Source of the DNA: Octopus sinensis | Taxonomy: Eukaryota | Length of the DNA: 64,000 nt | Assembly: GCF_006345805.1 (NCBI RefSeq) | Contig: NW_021832268.1 | Coordinates: 10,579-74,578 of the forward strand | Direction of reading: 5' to 3' | Part shown: one piece after another, positions 11,546-24,186 of the stretch | Numbering within the stretch: the stretch's first letter is position 1 | Layout: the number at the start of each line of letters is the position of its first letter | The notes under the pieces: generated by a model | Database searches by the model: none | What the model was told of the DNA's origin: nothing | The model's input: the letters and a program-made list of their open reading frames with translations, nothing else | Made by a program: the position numbers and the translations under genes

Positions 11546-12994
11546 GCAGCTGTACCGCAGACCCTAGGCCCTTCTCCATTCAGCCTTACGACTTTACGGT
11601 CAAAAGTAACATAACTCATCATATCACCCCCTTTTTTCCGTTTCGTTTTCCAGTGTTTTAAGCCTGCCACCTTTTACATTTACTTTTTTTCCTGCCCTTT
11701 CTTGTATTTTCGCTTAGTCTTTGGTCCTGTTACAGCTTGTTATGCCATGTGCCCAGAGCCCGTTGATTGCGAGAAGGCACCGACGTATTATAGAATGCTG
11801 TCTGAGTTGCTTACATCGCATGAAACTATTAGTATTACATAAATACAATATATTCTGTGTTTATTAAATATTTATCTCTCTCTAGATGGAGTACTTTGTT
11901 GTTGATTTTACCATCACGGAACAGTACACTGTGCGTGTGTTTGTGTGGCTTTGTGTGTGTGTGTGGTGTGTGTGTGTGGTGTGTGTGTGTGTGGTGTGTG
12001 TGTGTGTGTGTGTGTATGTATATTTATATGTAACTGAGCCGAGTAAGAATGATGGGTAGCTCAGCTGGATTTTTGTTTACTAGACCTCACTTTACATATT
12101 GTATGAGATATTGCTGGTTTCGTAACGTAAATATTCAATGTAAAACATGTCGGTGGCGCCGCGACGTAGGAAAACTTAGGAAAAGCAGTTTTCTCTCTTT
12201 TCATTTCTCAAAACTCACGCTCGTCGTTATTCGAAAGCAAATTCAAAGAATATTGAAACAACATCAATAACAATACCGGCATCGACAGCAGCGGCACGTA
12301 GTGAGTGAATGCAGTCTACCGAGATATTGATTGCACGTTTCAGACTTAGAGAAACAATGACAAATTTAATTTCCAATTCGATTGTGTGTTTGTGTGTTGG
12401 GAGTGGGGTGAGTGTAAGCACGCACACGCGTGTATATACGTACACTGTTCAGCCATGTCCCTGTCTTCATAGTACGGTACGGCTCGGAACACAGCTTAAT
12501 GAAATTTTCGTTTTCATTCTAATAAATGAAAGAAAACATGGGTTTAAAGTCCGTTCACCTTCAATTTCGCCAAATTAAGCAAATTGAGTAAATTGTCTCA
12601 CAAGTATATCATTGTTGTGTGTGAAATATCGCAGTGTGGTAGCGGCGGCAGTGGCGGAATGCAGTGGTCTCTAAATTTTATGCGTTCATTTCTTATTAAG
12701 AGATGGTATCCTTTCATGTTTGAGCATAAATTCCTGTAATTGTAACGATGTGTCATACGGATGTAACGGGAAGATTTTCATGACTATTCTATTCATCATA
12801 CTGCCATGTTTATCTTTGGCATGTTGATAGCGTATCGATGTACTCACGCCAATGCACATCCATTCTCTCTATTACACTTCTAGCAGTTTTACCATTACAT
12901 GCAGTACTGAAGGTGAATGCGTGTACCTATGTGTATATAAATATGCAAGTGTCTCTCCTGATATATTGGTACACACACACGTGCGCATATATAT

Positions 12995-13165
12995 GGTTGA
13001 AATTTACAGAAAAACAAAAGACGAAGACAGGTGTATTAGTTTCATGCTCGGGAAAGTGAGAAAGTCTTTTTCATTTCGAGCCTACGCTCTTCAACAGAAA
13101 GGAACACGATGAAATAAACTGAGAGAGAATTAAAAACTTGTGGATTTAGCGATCAGTTATGGCGA
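12995..13165 (-). mobile_element. Short Penelope-pLTR-like repeat with decayed hammerhead motif (13066-13102)
   Basis: - strand CTTT-CTGTTGA-A-GAGC gtag GCTC-GAAA-TG-AAAAAG; related fragments at 41153-41250 and 41284-41380. Confidence 0.55.
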
Positions 13166-14052
13166 CTGGTTGGAAAAAGGTAATTTGACAGGAGAGCTAG
13201 AAAGAAGGGGAGATAATAAACGAAGGTGCACGTACATGTGTGTATCTGAGAGTGTGTGTGTGTGCGTGTGGATGGGGGCTAATGACTTTGACGCGTAGAC
13301 TGGTGCCTGTGTAAGTGTGAGCGTCTGTAATGTGTGGGTGTGCGGGTGTGCGGGTGTGCGGGTGTGCGGGTGTGGGTGTGTGGATGACGGTGTGCGGGTG
13401 TGCGGGTGTGTGGGTGATGGTGTGTGGGTGCTTACTCAACATGCAGGAATTGAACACCTATTTTGTATATCTTTAATTACCTCTGAAGAGATTCGACTTT
13501 CAAATAATTTTAGATATTTAAATTTAATTAGTTAATTTTCTGAAAATCTGGAATTAAAACAGCTGTAATGGATGTTGTCAATATTTTAATCAATAAATAA
13601 TCATTTATTAATTACCTCCCTATATTCTCATCTTATAAAAAATAAATATATTTAAACCACGGTTTATATTGTTACCTTGCAGTTGAGTATCAACTGTAAT
13701 GTTCAATATTCTTTGATGCTCTAACTAACAAGTACTTTCATGGGATTTTGCTATCCCTCAATGAGGTGTGTAACCTTTATTTGTGCTTATATATTATATA
13801 TATATTATATATATATATACATATATAATGAGGATTATTATGAAATAGCATAAGCATTACGTTTAATTCCTTTTCATATATATACAGCTTCAAACAGACC
13901 TACACATGTCTCTACTGCATCGATTAGTAGCCGTTGCAACAGCTACCTTACTATAATACAGGTGCAGATTCTTCAGGGTTGAATAACCGATTCTGATTAC
14001 CAAATTGTGAGCAAACAAGTAAACGTTTGGAGAAATACCTTACTGATTGCCC

Positions 14053-14083
<31 letters not shown>

Positions 14084-14194
14084 TGTATGTATGTATGTAT
14101 GTATGTATGTACGTATGTATGTATGTATGTATGTATGAATGCATGTATGTATGTATATATATATACATATATATTTATATATATATAATTAATC

Positions 14195-14420
14195 CCCCCA
14201 CTCCCAAAAATCGAAGAGAAAACACAATACTAAAAAAGAAAACAAGAACGCGAGGACGTGGTACATGCAAAGTATTAAATGACGCTCAGGGAAGGAAAGA
14301 CTCTTCTTCAGAAGCAAAACTCTTCTTCAGAAACAGGAGACAGAAAAAAGTCCAAGAGAAATGGAAATCAGAGGGAAAAAATCGCCAACAATTCACATCT
14401 GGTTACATTTTTGAAATGAC
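14195..14420 (-). mobile_element. TA-embedded short element of the 17789-18000 family (hammerhead region disrupted)
   Basis: Shares AAGAACGCGAGGACGTGG...GACGCTCAG...GAGGGAAAAAATCGCCAAC; - strand GTTT-CTGAAGA-AGAG locally duplicated. Confidence 0.7.
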
Positions 14421-14432
14421 CCATATATATAC

Positions 14433-14515
<83 letters not shown>

Positions 14516-14661
14516 TATGGGTCATATCTATCTATCTATTCATATCTGTCTAGTTGTCTATGCATATAAGTTTCTCTGACTGTCTGTCTGTCTGTATGTA
14601 TGTCTATATATATATATATATACATATATATGTATATATACATAGACATATATATATATAT

Positions 14662-15870
14662 AGGGTCGATCACAAGATCCTATTGAAAAAACGATCCAAC
14701 ATTGGTGTCTCTGGAAAGTTACTGAAATGGATCAAGTGTTTCCTGACAGACAGATCTCAACATGTTGTAGTTGAAGGGGTAAAATCAAGCCCAGCCAAAG
14801 TCAGTAGTGGCGTTCCGCAAGGCACTGTGCTGGGCCCACTTCTTTTCATCATTTACATTAATGACATTAATGACATCATCAAGCACAGCAAACAAAAAAA
14901 TCTTTGCAGATGACTCCAAGCTACAGAAGGTCATAAATGAGGCGAGTGACCGGACATGCCTTCAGTCAGATCTACTGGCTGTTATCCAATGGGCAGAAAA
15001 AAACAATATGCTGCTGAACGAGGATAAATTTGAGTTAATCCACTTTGGAAAAGAGGATGCCCTGAAACTCCCATACTCCCTCCTTCAGGTGAAACTCTCG
15101 CGGCGTCCAACAACATCAGAGACTGGGAGTAATTGTGGACAACAACATAAGCTGGGCCACTCATATAAACACCAAAGTTGACATGGCCCGCAGAATGTGT
15201 TCCTGGATTCTCAGAACTTTCCAGTCGAGAGATATCCACACCATTATCCTTCTCTTCTCCACTTTTGCCGACCCACCTTGAATACTGTTGTCCACTGTGG
15301 TCTCCCCACACAATACAAGGTATCATAAAAGTTGAAGCACCTCAAAGGGCAATCACAAAAAAGATAGATGGCATGACATGGCCTCGACTATTGGGGTCGA
15401 CTAGAAAAGCTAAAACTCTATTCTCTCCAACGTCGTCGTGAGCGCTACATCATCTGCATGATGTGGAAAATATTCCATCAGCATTGCCCAAATGATGTTG
15501 GCATCACTTTAAGGTACATCCAAGGCTTGGCCCCGTGCCATCCGCCCAAAACAAAAATCGCCTCTCATCTATAACAACAATACGGCACAATTATTTCACC
15601 TCAATTGGCCCCGCTCTCTTTAACATTACACCAAAACACATTAAAACAGAAACTGACCCTATAGGGTTCAAGAAGTCTTGGGACAGATTCCTTCAAGAAA
15701 TCCCGGATAAACCCCTACACCCGGATATGTCTCTGTAAACAATAACTCTCTACTGAGTGGGCCATAGTGCCCAAATTCTGACTTGAAAGACTTCCCAGGT
15801 GGTGCTATTAAGTTAGACATGGCCTGGGCCAATAATGGCCGAAACCTATCAAAGTATCAAAGTATCAAGT
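14662..15870 (+). mobile_element. CR1/L2-group LINE, 5'-truncated reverse transcriptase to 3' end (frameshifted)
   Basis: VDHKILL...GVSGKLLKWIKCFLTDRSQHVVVEG...SGVPQGTVLGPLLFIIYINDI...IFADDSKL...LLNEDKFELIHFG...LEYCCPLWSPH...SLQRRRERYII...FNITPKHIK...DRFLQEIPDKP; short (ATCAAAGT) repeat tail. Confidence 0.93.
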
Positions 15871-15873
15871 ATA

Positions 15874-15936
<63 letters not shown>

Positions 15937-15969
15937 CATAATATAATATATATACATATAGATATATAT

Positions 15970-16042
<73 letters not shown>

Positions 16043-16938
16043 ATAATATATAGATATACACACACACATACATACATACATACATTCATACATACATACA
16101 GACAGTCAGAGAAACTTATATACATAGACAACAAGACAGATATGGATAGATAGATAGATAGATAGATAGATGGATGGGTGGTAGGTAGGTAGGTAGGTAG
16201 GTAGGTAGGTAGGTAGGTAGGTAGGTAGGAAGGTATGTAGGTTGGTAGATAAGTAGATAGGAAGATTAGCAGGTAGGTAGGTAGGCCGGCAGGTGGGTAC
16301 GTTGACAGGTAGACAGATAGATCAATTGCTATAGAGACAGAGATGGATAGATAGGTAGATAGATAGAAAAATAAATAAATAAACAGGTTCTAAATTAAAG
16401 TATCAGGAATATTTTTAAACGTATTCTTCATATCATTTGTCCTTTCAATCTTGTCTTGCTGCCATCAATTACAAAAACGGCTCGAAAACAAACATTAACT
16501 TAACACAGCATTTTTACCCATCATTCAACGTCAAGATGGCTTCGTTGGAAATTTTCAAAAAAAGAAAAATAATAATAATAAATAAAATAAAAACGAAAAT
16601 TTTTTTTTAATCTTGCATTCCAAAAGTATCTATTATGTATAATTTTCCGACCTCCTCTATTTTAATAAAACTTTATAAGCTTTTGTGACAGGATACAATA
16701 TATGGATTTATCCATTCCGCTCACTTAAAGAGTTTTTGTATTAAGAGGAAAGGGATCCATGATATCTTAAAATAGCTGCAAAATTCTCTTTAGTAAAAAG
16801 AATATATTCTTTCCTTTTTCTTAAGACATAAACACACACATATATATATAATGTAGGTAATATATATATATAATAGATATATATATATATACTATATATA
16901 TATATATATATATATGTGTGGTGTGTGTGTAGGTATAA

Positions 16939-16971
<33 letters not shown>

Positions 16972-17553
16972 ATATATATATATGTAGGTATATAATATAT
17001 ATATAGGTATATATATAGGTAATATATATATATATATATATATTATATATAATATATATATATATGTAGGTATAATATATATATATATATAACACACATA
17101 TAGATATATATTACAGACGTCCATCTGACTGTTTCTCTCTCTCTCTCTCTCTATCTTTCTTCCCTCTGTATCTCTTTCTCCTCACTGTCTCGATGAATCT
17201 ATACAGACATATATCATGCTTCACACACACACACGCACACGCACATACGCAAACTTACACGCACACACACACGCACGCACACGCACACGCACGCGCGTAT
17301 ATTATATCATATTTAATATGTATATATATATATATATATATATATTTATTTAATTATATATATACAAATATAGATGTATGTATGTGTGTATGTATGATAA
17401 ACCATATATTATAAACCATATATATCCTTATATGTGTGTGTGTGTGGGTATAAATATGTACATATATATGTATATGTAATATATATTTGAAAAAATGCGT
17501 AGAGAAGGCTTTTGGGGGATAATTTTTATTTTAATTATAAGCATATACATACC

Positions 17554-17584
<31 letters not shown>

Positions 17585-17715
17585 TACATATATGTGTATA
17601 TATATATACATACATATATATATACATATATATATATATAATATATACATATATATATATATCATATATATATATATCTAATATATATATACATATATAT
17701 ATACATATATATATC

Positions 17716-17788
<73 letters not shown>

Positions 17789-17794
<6 letters not shown>

Positions 17795-17998
17795 TAATCC
17801 AAACAAGAAAACACAGAAAAAAACACAGCAACGCGAGGACGTGGACCATTAAAGTATCATTTGACGCTCAGAACGAAGGGAAGAAGGGGGTTTAACGTTT
17901 CGAGCGGAGCTCTTCGTCGGAAACAAGGAGAAGGAAAGATCCCAAGAAGGGAAGGCAGAGGAAAATATTTTTGATGGTGGTACTCAAGAGATCACATG

Positions 17999-18000
<2 letters not shown>
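17789..18000 (-). mobile_element. About 210-bp non-coding element inserted in (TA)n, carrying a minimal hammerhead motif (Penelope pLTR-like)
   Basis: (TA)n both sides; HHR at 17890-17924; copies at 14195-14420 and 51818-52030. Confidence 0.75.
17890..17924 (-). ncRNA. Minimal type I hammerhead-like motif
   Basis: - strand GTTT-CCGACGA-A-GAGC tcc GCTC-GAAA-CG-TT-AAAC: stem I GTTT/AAAC, palindromic ACGT stem III, GUU triplet; U4 replaced by C and one extra A after A9. Confidence 0.55.
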
Positions 18001-18036
<36 letters not shown>

Positions 18037-18087
18037 ATATATATATACATTACATATATATATATGCACAGATACCTATATATTTAT

Positions 18088-18122
<35 letters not shown>

Positions 18123-18128
18123 CATACG

Positions 18129-18317
18129 AGGCGCATGAGTGGCTGTGTGGTAAGTAGCTTGTTTACCAACCACATAGTTCCTGGTTCAGTCCCACTGCGT
18201 GGCACCTTGGGCAAGTGTCTTCTACTATAGCCTCGGGCTGACCAATGCTTTGTGAGTGGACTTGGTAGACGGAAACTGAAAGAAGCCCGTCGTTAATATA
18301 TATGTATATATGTATGC

Positions 18318-18350
<33 letters not shown>

Positions 18351-18560
18351 TGTATGTGTGTGTGTGTGTATGTTTGTGTGTCTGCGTGTTGTCCCCCCAG
18401 CATCGCTTGACAACCGATGCTGGTGTTTTTACGTCCCCGTAACTTAGCGGTTCGGTAAAGGAGACCGAAAGAATAAGTACCGGGGTCGATTTTCTCGACT
18501 AAAGGCGGTGCTCCAGCATGGCCGCAGTAAAATGACTGAAACAAGTAAAAAGTAAAGAGT
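18129..18560 (+). mobile_element. SINE family A copy
   Basis: AGGCGCATGAGTGGCTGTGTGG head to AAAAGTAAAGAGT tail. Confidence 0.9.
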
Positions 18561-18759
18561 ATAATATTTTGTGCATTGTAGAAGTATAGCCCAAAATCTT
18601 ATATGGACCCGGCTTAGAGCCACTGGCCTACACCATTCAAAGCGATGCCCCAGCATAGACGCAGTTCTATGATTGAAGCAACTGAAATATAAAAGATATA
18701 TATATATATATATGTGGTGTGTGTGTGTGTGTGTGTGTATAAATGGAATAAAAACGCAA

Positions 18760-19030
18760 TAGAGGACATTAAAACGTTCGGAGAGACAGATGACACAAAG
18801 GCGGACAAGAGAAGCAACAATTAGAAGGACAGGCCAAAAAAGACGGGTCATTCTTGGCTTTCTTTCATCAGTCAAGTCCCAGAAGCCACGACCATTTCGG
18901 ACAGTTACACTTGAGATGGTTCGATCTGGTTGTCCCCATAAACGTCTAAGCTAAGAGCATTAGACCCCTTTGTAAGAAAACTAGCGAATGTGTACGCCAA
19001 CAAAGACGAAAAAGAAACAACAAACAAAAC
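18760..19030 (-). repeat. Diverged member of the 19583-19960 repeat family
   Basis: Reverse complement aligns with 19805-19960 (CATTCGCT...TCTAATGC..TAGCTTAG...CCAGA...TCTGG..CTTGACTG). Confidence 0.7.
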
Positions 19031-19582
19031 AAAGCGGAGAACATATGTGTATGTATGCAATATATGTATTACACACACACACAACACACACACCACACAT
19101 ATATATATATATTATATATTATATATATATATATATATATAATATATATATATAATATACCCTGCGTTGACTTATATCGGCGAGGACATCCATAACCATT
19201 CGATGTTTGAGAAAATCATATATTTTTATGATTACATAATTTTAGGAATTGTATAAAAAAAGATTATTATGTGTGTTTTGTGGCTGCAGTTCAATAGCTG
19301 AAGCAACTGAAAGATAAGATACATACATACATACATACATACATACATACTACATACATACATACTACATACATACATACATACATACATATATACATAC
19401 ATACATACATATAGATTTGCCTTCTCTTACTCACTTTCCCTCAACTTTTCATTTCACTGTGTCCCTGTCATTTTATTCTCGTCCCTCCTTAATTCTTCTG
19501 TCCCTCTGCCTCTACCTCTCTCCCTTCTCTCTCCCTCCTTACTTCTTCTGTCCCTCTGCTTCTACTTCTCTCTCTTCTCTTC

Positions 19583-19960
19583 CCACGTGACCGATCGACC
19601 AGCCTGCTCTCTCTTTCGTGGTCTGACCGTGGTGCGTGCAACATCGATATTCTTCCTTGTGTTTGTGAAACCTTTGTATCTTTGCCGTAAGGCTTCATTT
19701 CCACACACGGCAGCTTAATTCAATTCGTCCTTAGTCGAAAGACACCTGTTGTTATGTCCTGTTATTATTCTTATTGTATTTTTTATTGTATTTATATTTG
19801 TGTAACATTGTCCGTTTTTTCCGTCCTTGTTTTTGTATACATTCGCTGCTTTCTTCCAAGGAATCTAATGCACGTAGCTTAGTTTTTCCTTGGGGCTGGC
19901 CAGAATGGAGCAATCTCAAGAATAATCAGCCGAAATTGCGAGGATAATCTGGTTCTTGAC
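19583..19960 (+). repeat. Interspersed repeat (family of 5087-5440) containing a conserved stem-loop
   Basis: Similarity to 5087-5440 and 18760-19030. Confidence 0.8.
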
Positions 19961-20127
19961 TGCCATGGTGAGTCTACTGTCGTAAGAAAGACTCACTTCA
20001 AAACTTGGTGTTTAGGAATATTCTTTGACATCAAGTTCGAAATATTGTGACAGCCGTTAAGCTGCCAGTATGCTGCTGTCCGTCGTTAAGAAGTGTTGAA
20101 TGCCAGCCTTGGAATCTCTTGAATGCT

Positions 20128-20437
20128 AATCCTCGTAACATTCCAGGAAGTACCCTAAACCTCGGAACTTTCTATGAAGTAATTTTCCCTAATCTTCGGA
20201 ACTTTCCAGGAAATACCCTAATCCTCGGAACTATCCAGGAAGTAATTTTCCCTCATCCTCGGAACTTTCCAAGAAATACCCTAATCCTCAGAACTTTCCA
20301 GGAAGTACCCCCAAAAGTCGGAACGTTCCAGGAAGTAATTTTCCCCAATCCTCGGAACATTCCAAGAAGTACCATAATCCTCGGAACTCTACATGAAATA
20401 GCGTAACCCTCAGAACTTTCCAGGACGTAATTTTCCC
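20128..20437. repeat. Minisatellite of alternating 29-bp and 34-bp units (63-bp higher-order repeat)
   Basis: AATCCTCGGAACTTTCCAGGAAGTACCCT alternating with AATCCTCGGAACTTTCCAGGAAGTAATTTTCCCT. Confidence 0.9.
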
Positions 20438-20799
20438 TGTGTGTCTGTCTGTGTGTGTGTGTGGTGTGTGTGTGTGTGTGTATGTAGGAGACGGATTGAC
20501 AAACAGACTGATAAACATACAGATTTTAATACATACAAACGTATTGATGGCCAACAGACAACTTACCAAACATGAGACGCTACAATTTGAACGAAAGAAA
20601 CACCAACGTTTTCTTGTTCATGAGAATCAACAACAACAACAACAACAACAACGGTGACAATTGAAAGAAGAAAAAAACCCTCCATTAAATCACTAAACTA
20701 AACAACACGAATCAAAAAAAAAAAAAACGGTTTCCAAAATTTATATTTTAATGTAAGTCTGCTGTCAATATTTTCTTCCTTGAAGTAGACATAGCTTTA

Positions 20800-20975
20800 T
20801 GACTGCTGCTGCTGCTTGCTGCTGCTGCTGCTGCTTGCTGCTTGCTGCAACTGTTGTTGCTGCCGCCGCCGCTGCCACCGCTGCTGTTGCTGTCGCTGCT
20901 GCTGCTGCTGCTGCAACTGCGACTGCAGCCGGCTTTCTTTTATCTAGCATTACTGCAGCAGCAACAGCAGTCGCC

Positions 20976-21052
<77 letters not shown>

Positions 21053-21430
21053 TGATGTATTTTTATTATTATCATTAGTAGTAGTAGCAGTAGTAGTAGT
21101 AGAAGTTGTTATTGTTGTAGTTGTTGTAGGAGCAGTTGATGTATTATTATTATTATTATTAGAGTAGTAGTAGTAGTAGTATAGTAACAGTGGTAGTAAT
21201 TGTAGCTGTTGTTGTATTAGAAGTAGCTGTAGTATTAGGAGCAGTTGATGATGTAGTAGTAGTAGTAGTAGTATTGGTAGTAGTAGTAGTAGTAGTAGTG
21301 GTAGTAGCTCTGTGGTAATTGCTGTAGTTGTTGCTGTTGTTGTTATTGTTGTAGTTTGTGTTAATTGTGTTACAGATGCGGTTAACTGCAGCGGTTGTTG
21401 TTGGTGTTGTTGTTCCTGATGTTATGGTTA
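20800..21430. repeat. Compound trinucleotide microsatellite (CTG/GCC/GTA/GTT)n
   Basis: Directly visible; frameshifts break any long ORF. Confidence 0.9.
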
Positions 21431-21589
21431 TTACCGTAGATGTTCTTGTTATTGTTGTTCACAGCAAGACAACGAACTGACAGAGTCGTTAAAGCAGCGG
21501 AGACAATGCTCCATCTTCTGAGTTCAAATGCCGCCGAGGTCAAACATGAGATAAGTACCACTCAAATACTGCACTCGATTCTTTCTCAT

Positions 21590-21936
21590 ACTGTTTCGAC
21601 CCAGGGACTTAATCTTTGGTAAGCCTAGTACTTATTCTATTAGTCTGTTTTGCTGAACCGTTAAATTACGGGGACGCAAACACACCAGCATCGGTTGTCA
21701 AGCGATGTGGGTGGGGGGTAAATACAGACACACAAACATATACACACATATACATATGTATATACATATATGCGACGGGCTTCTTTCAGTTTCCGTCTAC
21801 CAAATCCACTCACAAGGCTTTGGTCGGCCCGAGGCTATAGTAGAAGATACTTGCCCAAGGTGTCACGCAGTAGGACTGAACCCGGAACCATGTGGTTGGT
21901 AAGCATGCTACTTACCACACAGCCACTCCTGCGCCT
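21590..21936 (-). mobile_element. SINE family A copy
   Basis: Homologous to 856-1278, ends CCACTCCTGCGCCT. Confidence 0.85.
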
Positions 21937-22210
21937 CGAACATAAAGATGGACAAAATACCACTAAGCATTTTGTCTGGCATGCTGATGATTTTACCAGT
22001 CTACCATCTTAGCAGCAGCTAAGTTGGCAGACTGGTAATAATGTTTACAATTCAAGGTAGCAACTCGTAGACATTTTGGGGCAGCTATTGATGATGTGCG
22101 TGATATCTTCTACACTTGTATAGCAGAGGTGACATGTTTTATGACAAAAATGTCTGGAGGAATCACAATATGGAGGTCTGGAGGTATCTTTGACCGTCTT
22201 GTTTATCAGG

Positions 22211-22611
22211 TACTAGCAGTATCGCCCGGCGTTGCTCGGGTTTGTAAGGGAAATAACTATATAAGCATTTTTAGAGAGTTATAGCCAAAAAATAGCAAAA
22301 ACATGCATTAAAAATGGGAAAAAAATGATGGTAAATTTTTTTTAAATCGTTGACTCATCGTAGACATTTTTAGAGAGTTACTTCCCTTACATAATAGCCA
22401 AAAATGCATTAAAATGGAAAAAAATTATGGTAAATTTTTTTTTACATCGTAGACTCATCGTAGACGCGCGCTAATACCCAGAAGGGCTCGATATAAATCA
22501 CGACTATAAGATACCCGGTTTTGGTTAAACTGCACCGCAAAATGTGGGAGTAGTTAGGAATCTAAATCGTAGGAGACAGACACACAACTTCACTTTTATA
22601 TATAAAGATTT
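22211..22611 (+). mobile_element. Non-autonomous Helentron-type element (HINE/DINE-1-like)
   Basis: 5' TACTAGCAGTATCGCCCGGCGTTGCTCGGG, internal duplication of about 110 bp, 3' CTTCACTTTTATATATAAAGAT terminus. Confidence 0.65.
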
Positions 22612-22619
22612 AATAGCTA

Positions 22620-23270
22620 GCTCTTGTTCATGGATAGTGAAATCATATCCTTTTAGGTGGGATGTAATGTATCTATCGCAGTTCCAGGAGGGGCCACTCT
22701 TCCTGTCAATGTTATTGTTGCCCACTACCTTACTCATGTACTGTTTCTTGTTGGTATATTGCCTACTTCTCTAAGCTTCTGTTTAGACAGTCCTGTCCAG
22801 CCTGCTTCACCTCTAAGCTTCTGTTTAGACAGACCAGTTCATTCTTCTTTGGGTTGCATGAGAGAGTTGTATTCTTAGTGTACCTACACAGTAATTCTTC
22901 TCCAAATTTGAAGATGTTGTTGCCATCACTTTTGAGTATGTATGGAATGTACTCATTTCTTTCTTTACTGTACAGCAGGCGTTGTCTGAGTGATACAATG
23001 TTACCTTCAAAGGCTGTTTGGACTGACCTTATGTCTCTGCTGCTTCTGTCCATCTCACAAATCCTATCGGTGTCAGTGTTAATGTTGAAGTTCCCAGTGG
23101 TGATCAGTACCATTTTGGTCTTTTTTATTTGATGTCCAGGCAGCGTATCTCATCGAGGGTCCAGTTCAATATCCCAAATTTTGGTATTAGCAATGGTACT
23201 GCAAAGGCATTGTGAAATATGGTCTTGTTAAATGCAGACAGCTCTGAGTTCCATATTTTCCGAAGTCTGC
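22620..23270 (-). mobile_element. Degraded LINE apurinic-endonuclease region
   Basis: ORF 22763-23113 begins LITTGNFNIN, resembling the APE I..GDFN motif; rest degraded. Confidence 0.4.
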
Positions 23271-23294
23271 AGAAATATTATTTCGTAATTCTGG

Positions 23295-23790
23295 CTTTAG
23301 TCACAGCAATCGTCGAATCACCAGCCGTGAATTATCAGAGGATGTGCAGATTAGTTATGATTCAGTTCAGTCCATTATCACTGAAGATTTAGGTATGAGA
23401 CGTGTGTCTGCCAAGTTTGTGCCAACATTGCTTTCAGTTTACTAAAAAGACTCTCAGATTTCAGTTGTACAAGATCTCCTTGATTGTGTCGAGAACAATG
23501 AAAACTTTTTGAAAACATAGCGTAGGCCTCTGAGTAGATTTCGCCAAGCTTTTGACAAAATATGATGCAGATGATTCTCGGCTCAACTTTCTCTGTAATG
23601 GTCAATGCGACGCTCACATGCTACATACCTTCTATCGAAACACTATTGTAAACAGCGGAAGTGAGCGAGAACGTTAACAATTAGTGTGCATTAAGAGTAG
23701 AGTTCAAAGTCAACATATACCAAGCGGCTTCACTCTACGTTCTTCAGCTTCGTTGCTCTGGAAACAGTCCGAATACTTATTGATCGGACC
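23295..23790. mobile_element. mariner remnant with internal inversion
   Basis: + 23300-23520: SNRRITSRELSEDVQISYDSVQSIITEDLGMRRVSAKFVPTLLS...DLLDCVENNENFLKT; - 23790-23520: TIR-like CAAGGTCCGATCAATAAGTATTCGGACTG then MSVALTITEKVEPRIICIIFCQKLGEIYSEAYAM. Confidence 0.8.
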
Positions 23791-23820
23791 TTGTGTGTGT
23801 GAGTGTACATGCATACATAA

Positions 23821-23851
<31 letters not shown>

Positions 23852-24136
23852 ATATATCTATATATATAATATTTAATCCAAAAGGGAAACAAAAAACAAC
23901 AACAACAGGAACAATTACAGTATTATTATTAATAGGCGCTCAGGAGATGGAAGCAGGATATAATATTATATATATATATATTATATATATTATATATATA
24001 TATATATGTATATATATACACATGTATATTTTGTATATATATATATATATATACATACATATATACATATATATTTATGTGTATATAATATATATATATA
24101 TATATATATACATATATACATATATACATATATATT

Positions 24137-24186
<50 letters not shown>

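Noticed and set aside
18855-18900. GAAA...GTC...CTGATGA on - strand suggesting a type II hammerhead
   Set aside because: Stems I, II and III do not pair in the required register
20128-20437. CRISPR-like periodicity
   Set aside because: No unique spacers, no cas genes, eukaryotic context; it is a minisatellite
20765-21430. Poly-Ala/Gln/Thr mucin- or TF-like ORFs
   Set aside because: Frames shift and stop within compound trinucleotide repeats; no splice sites or unique domain
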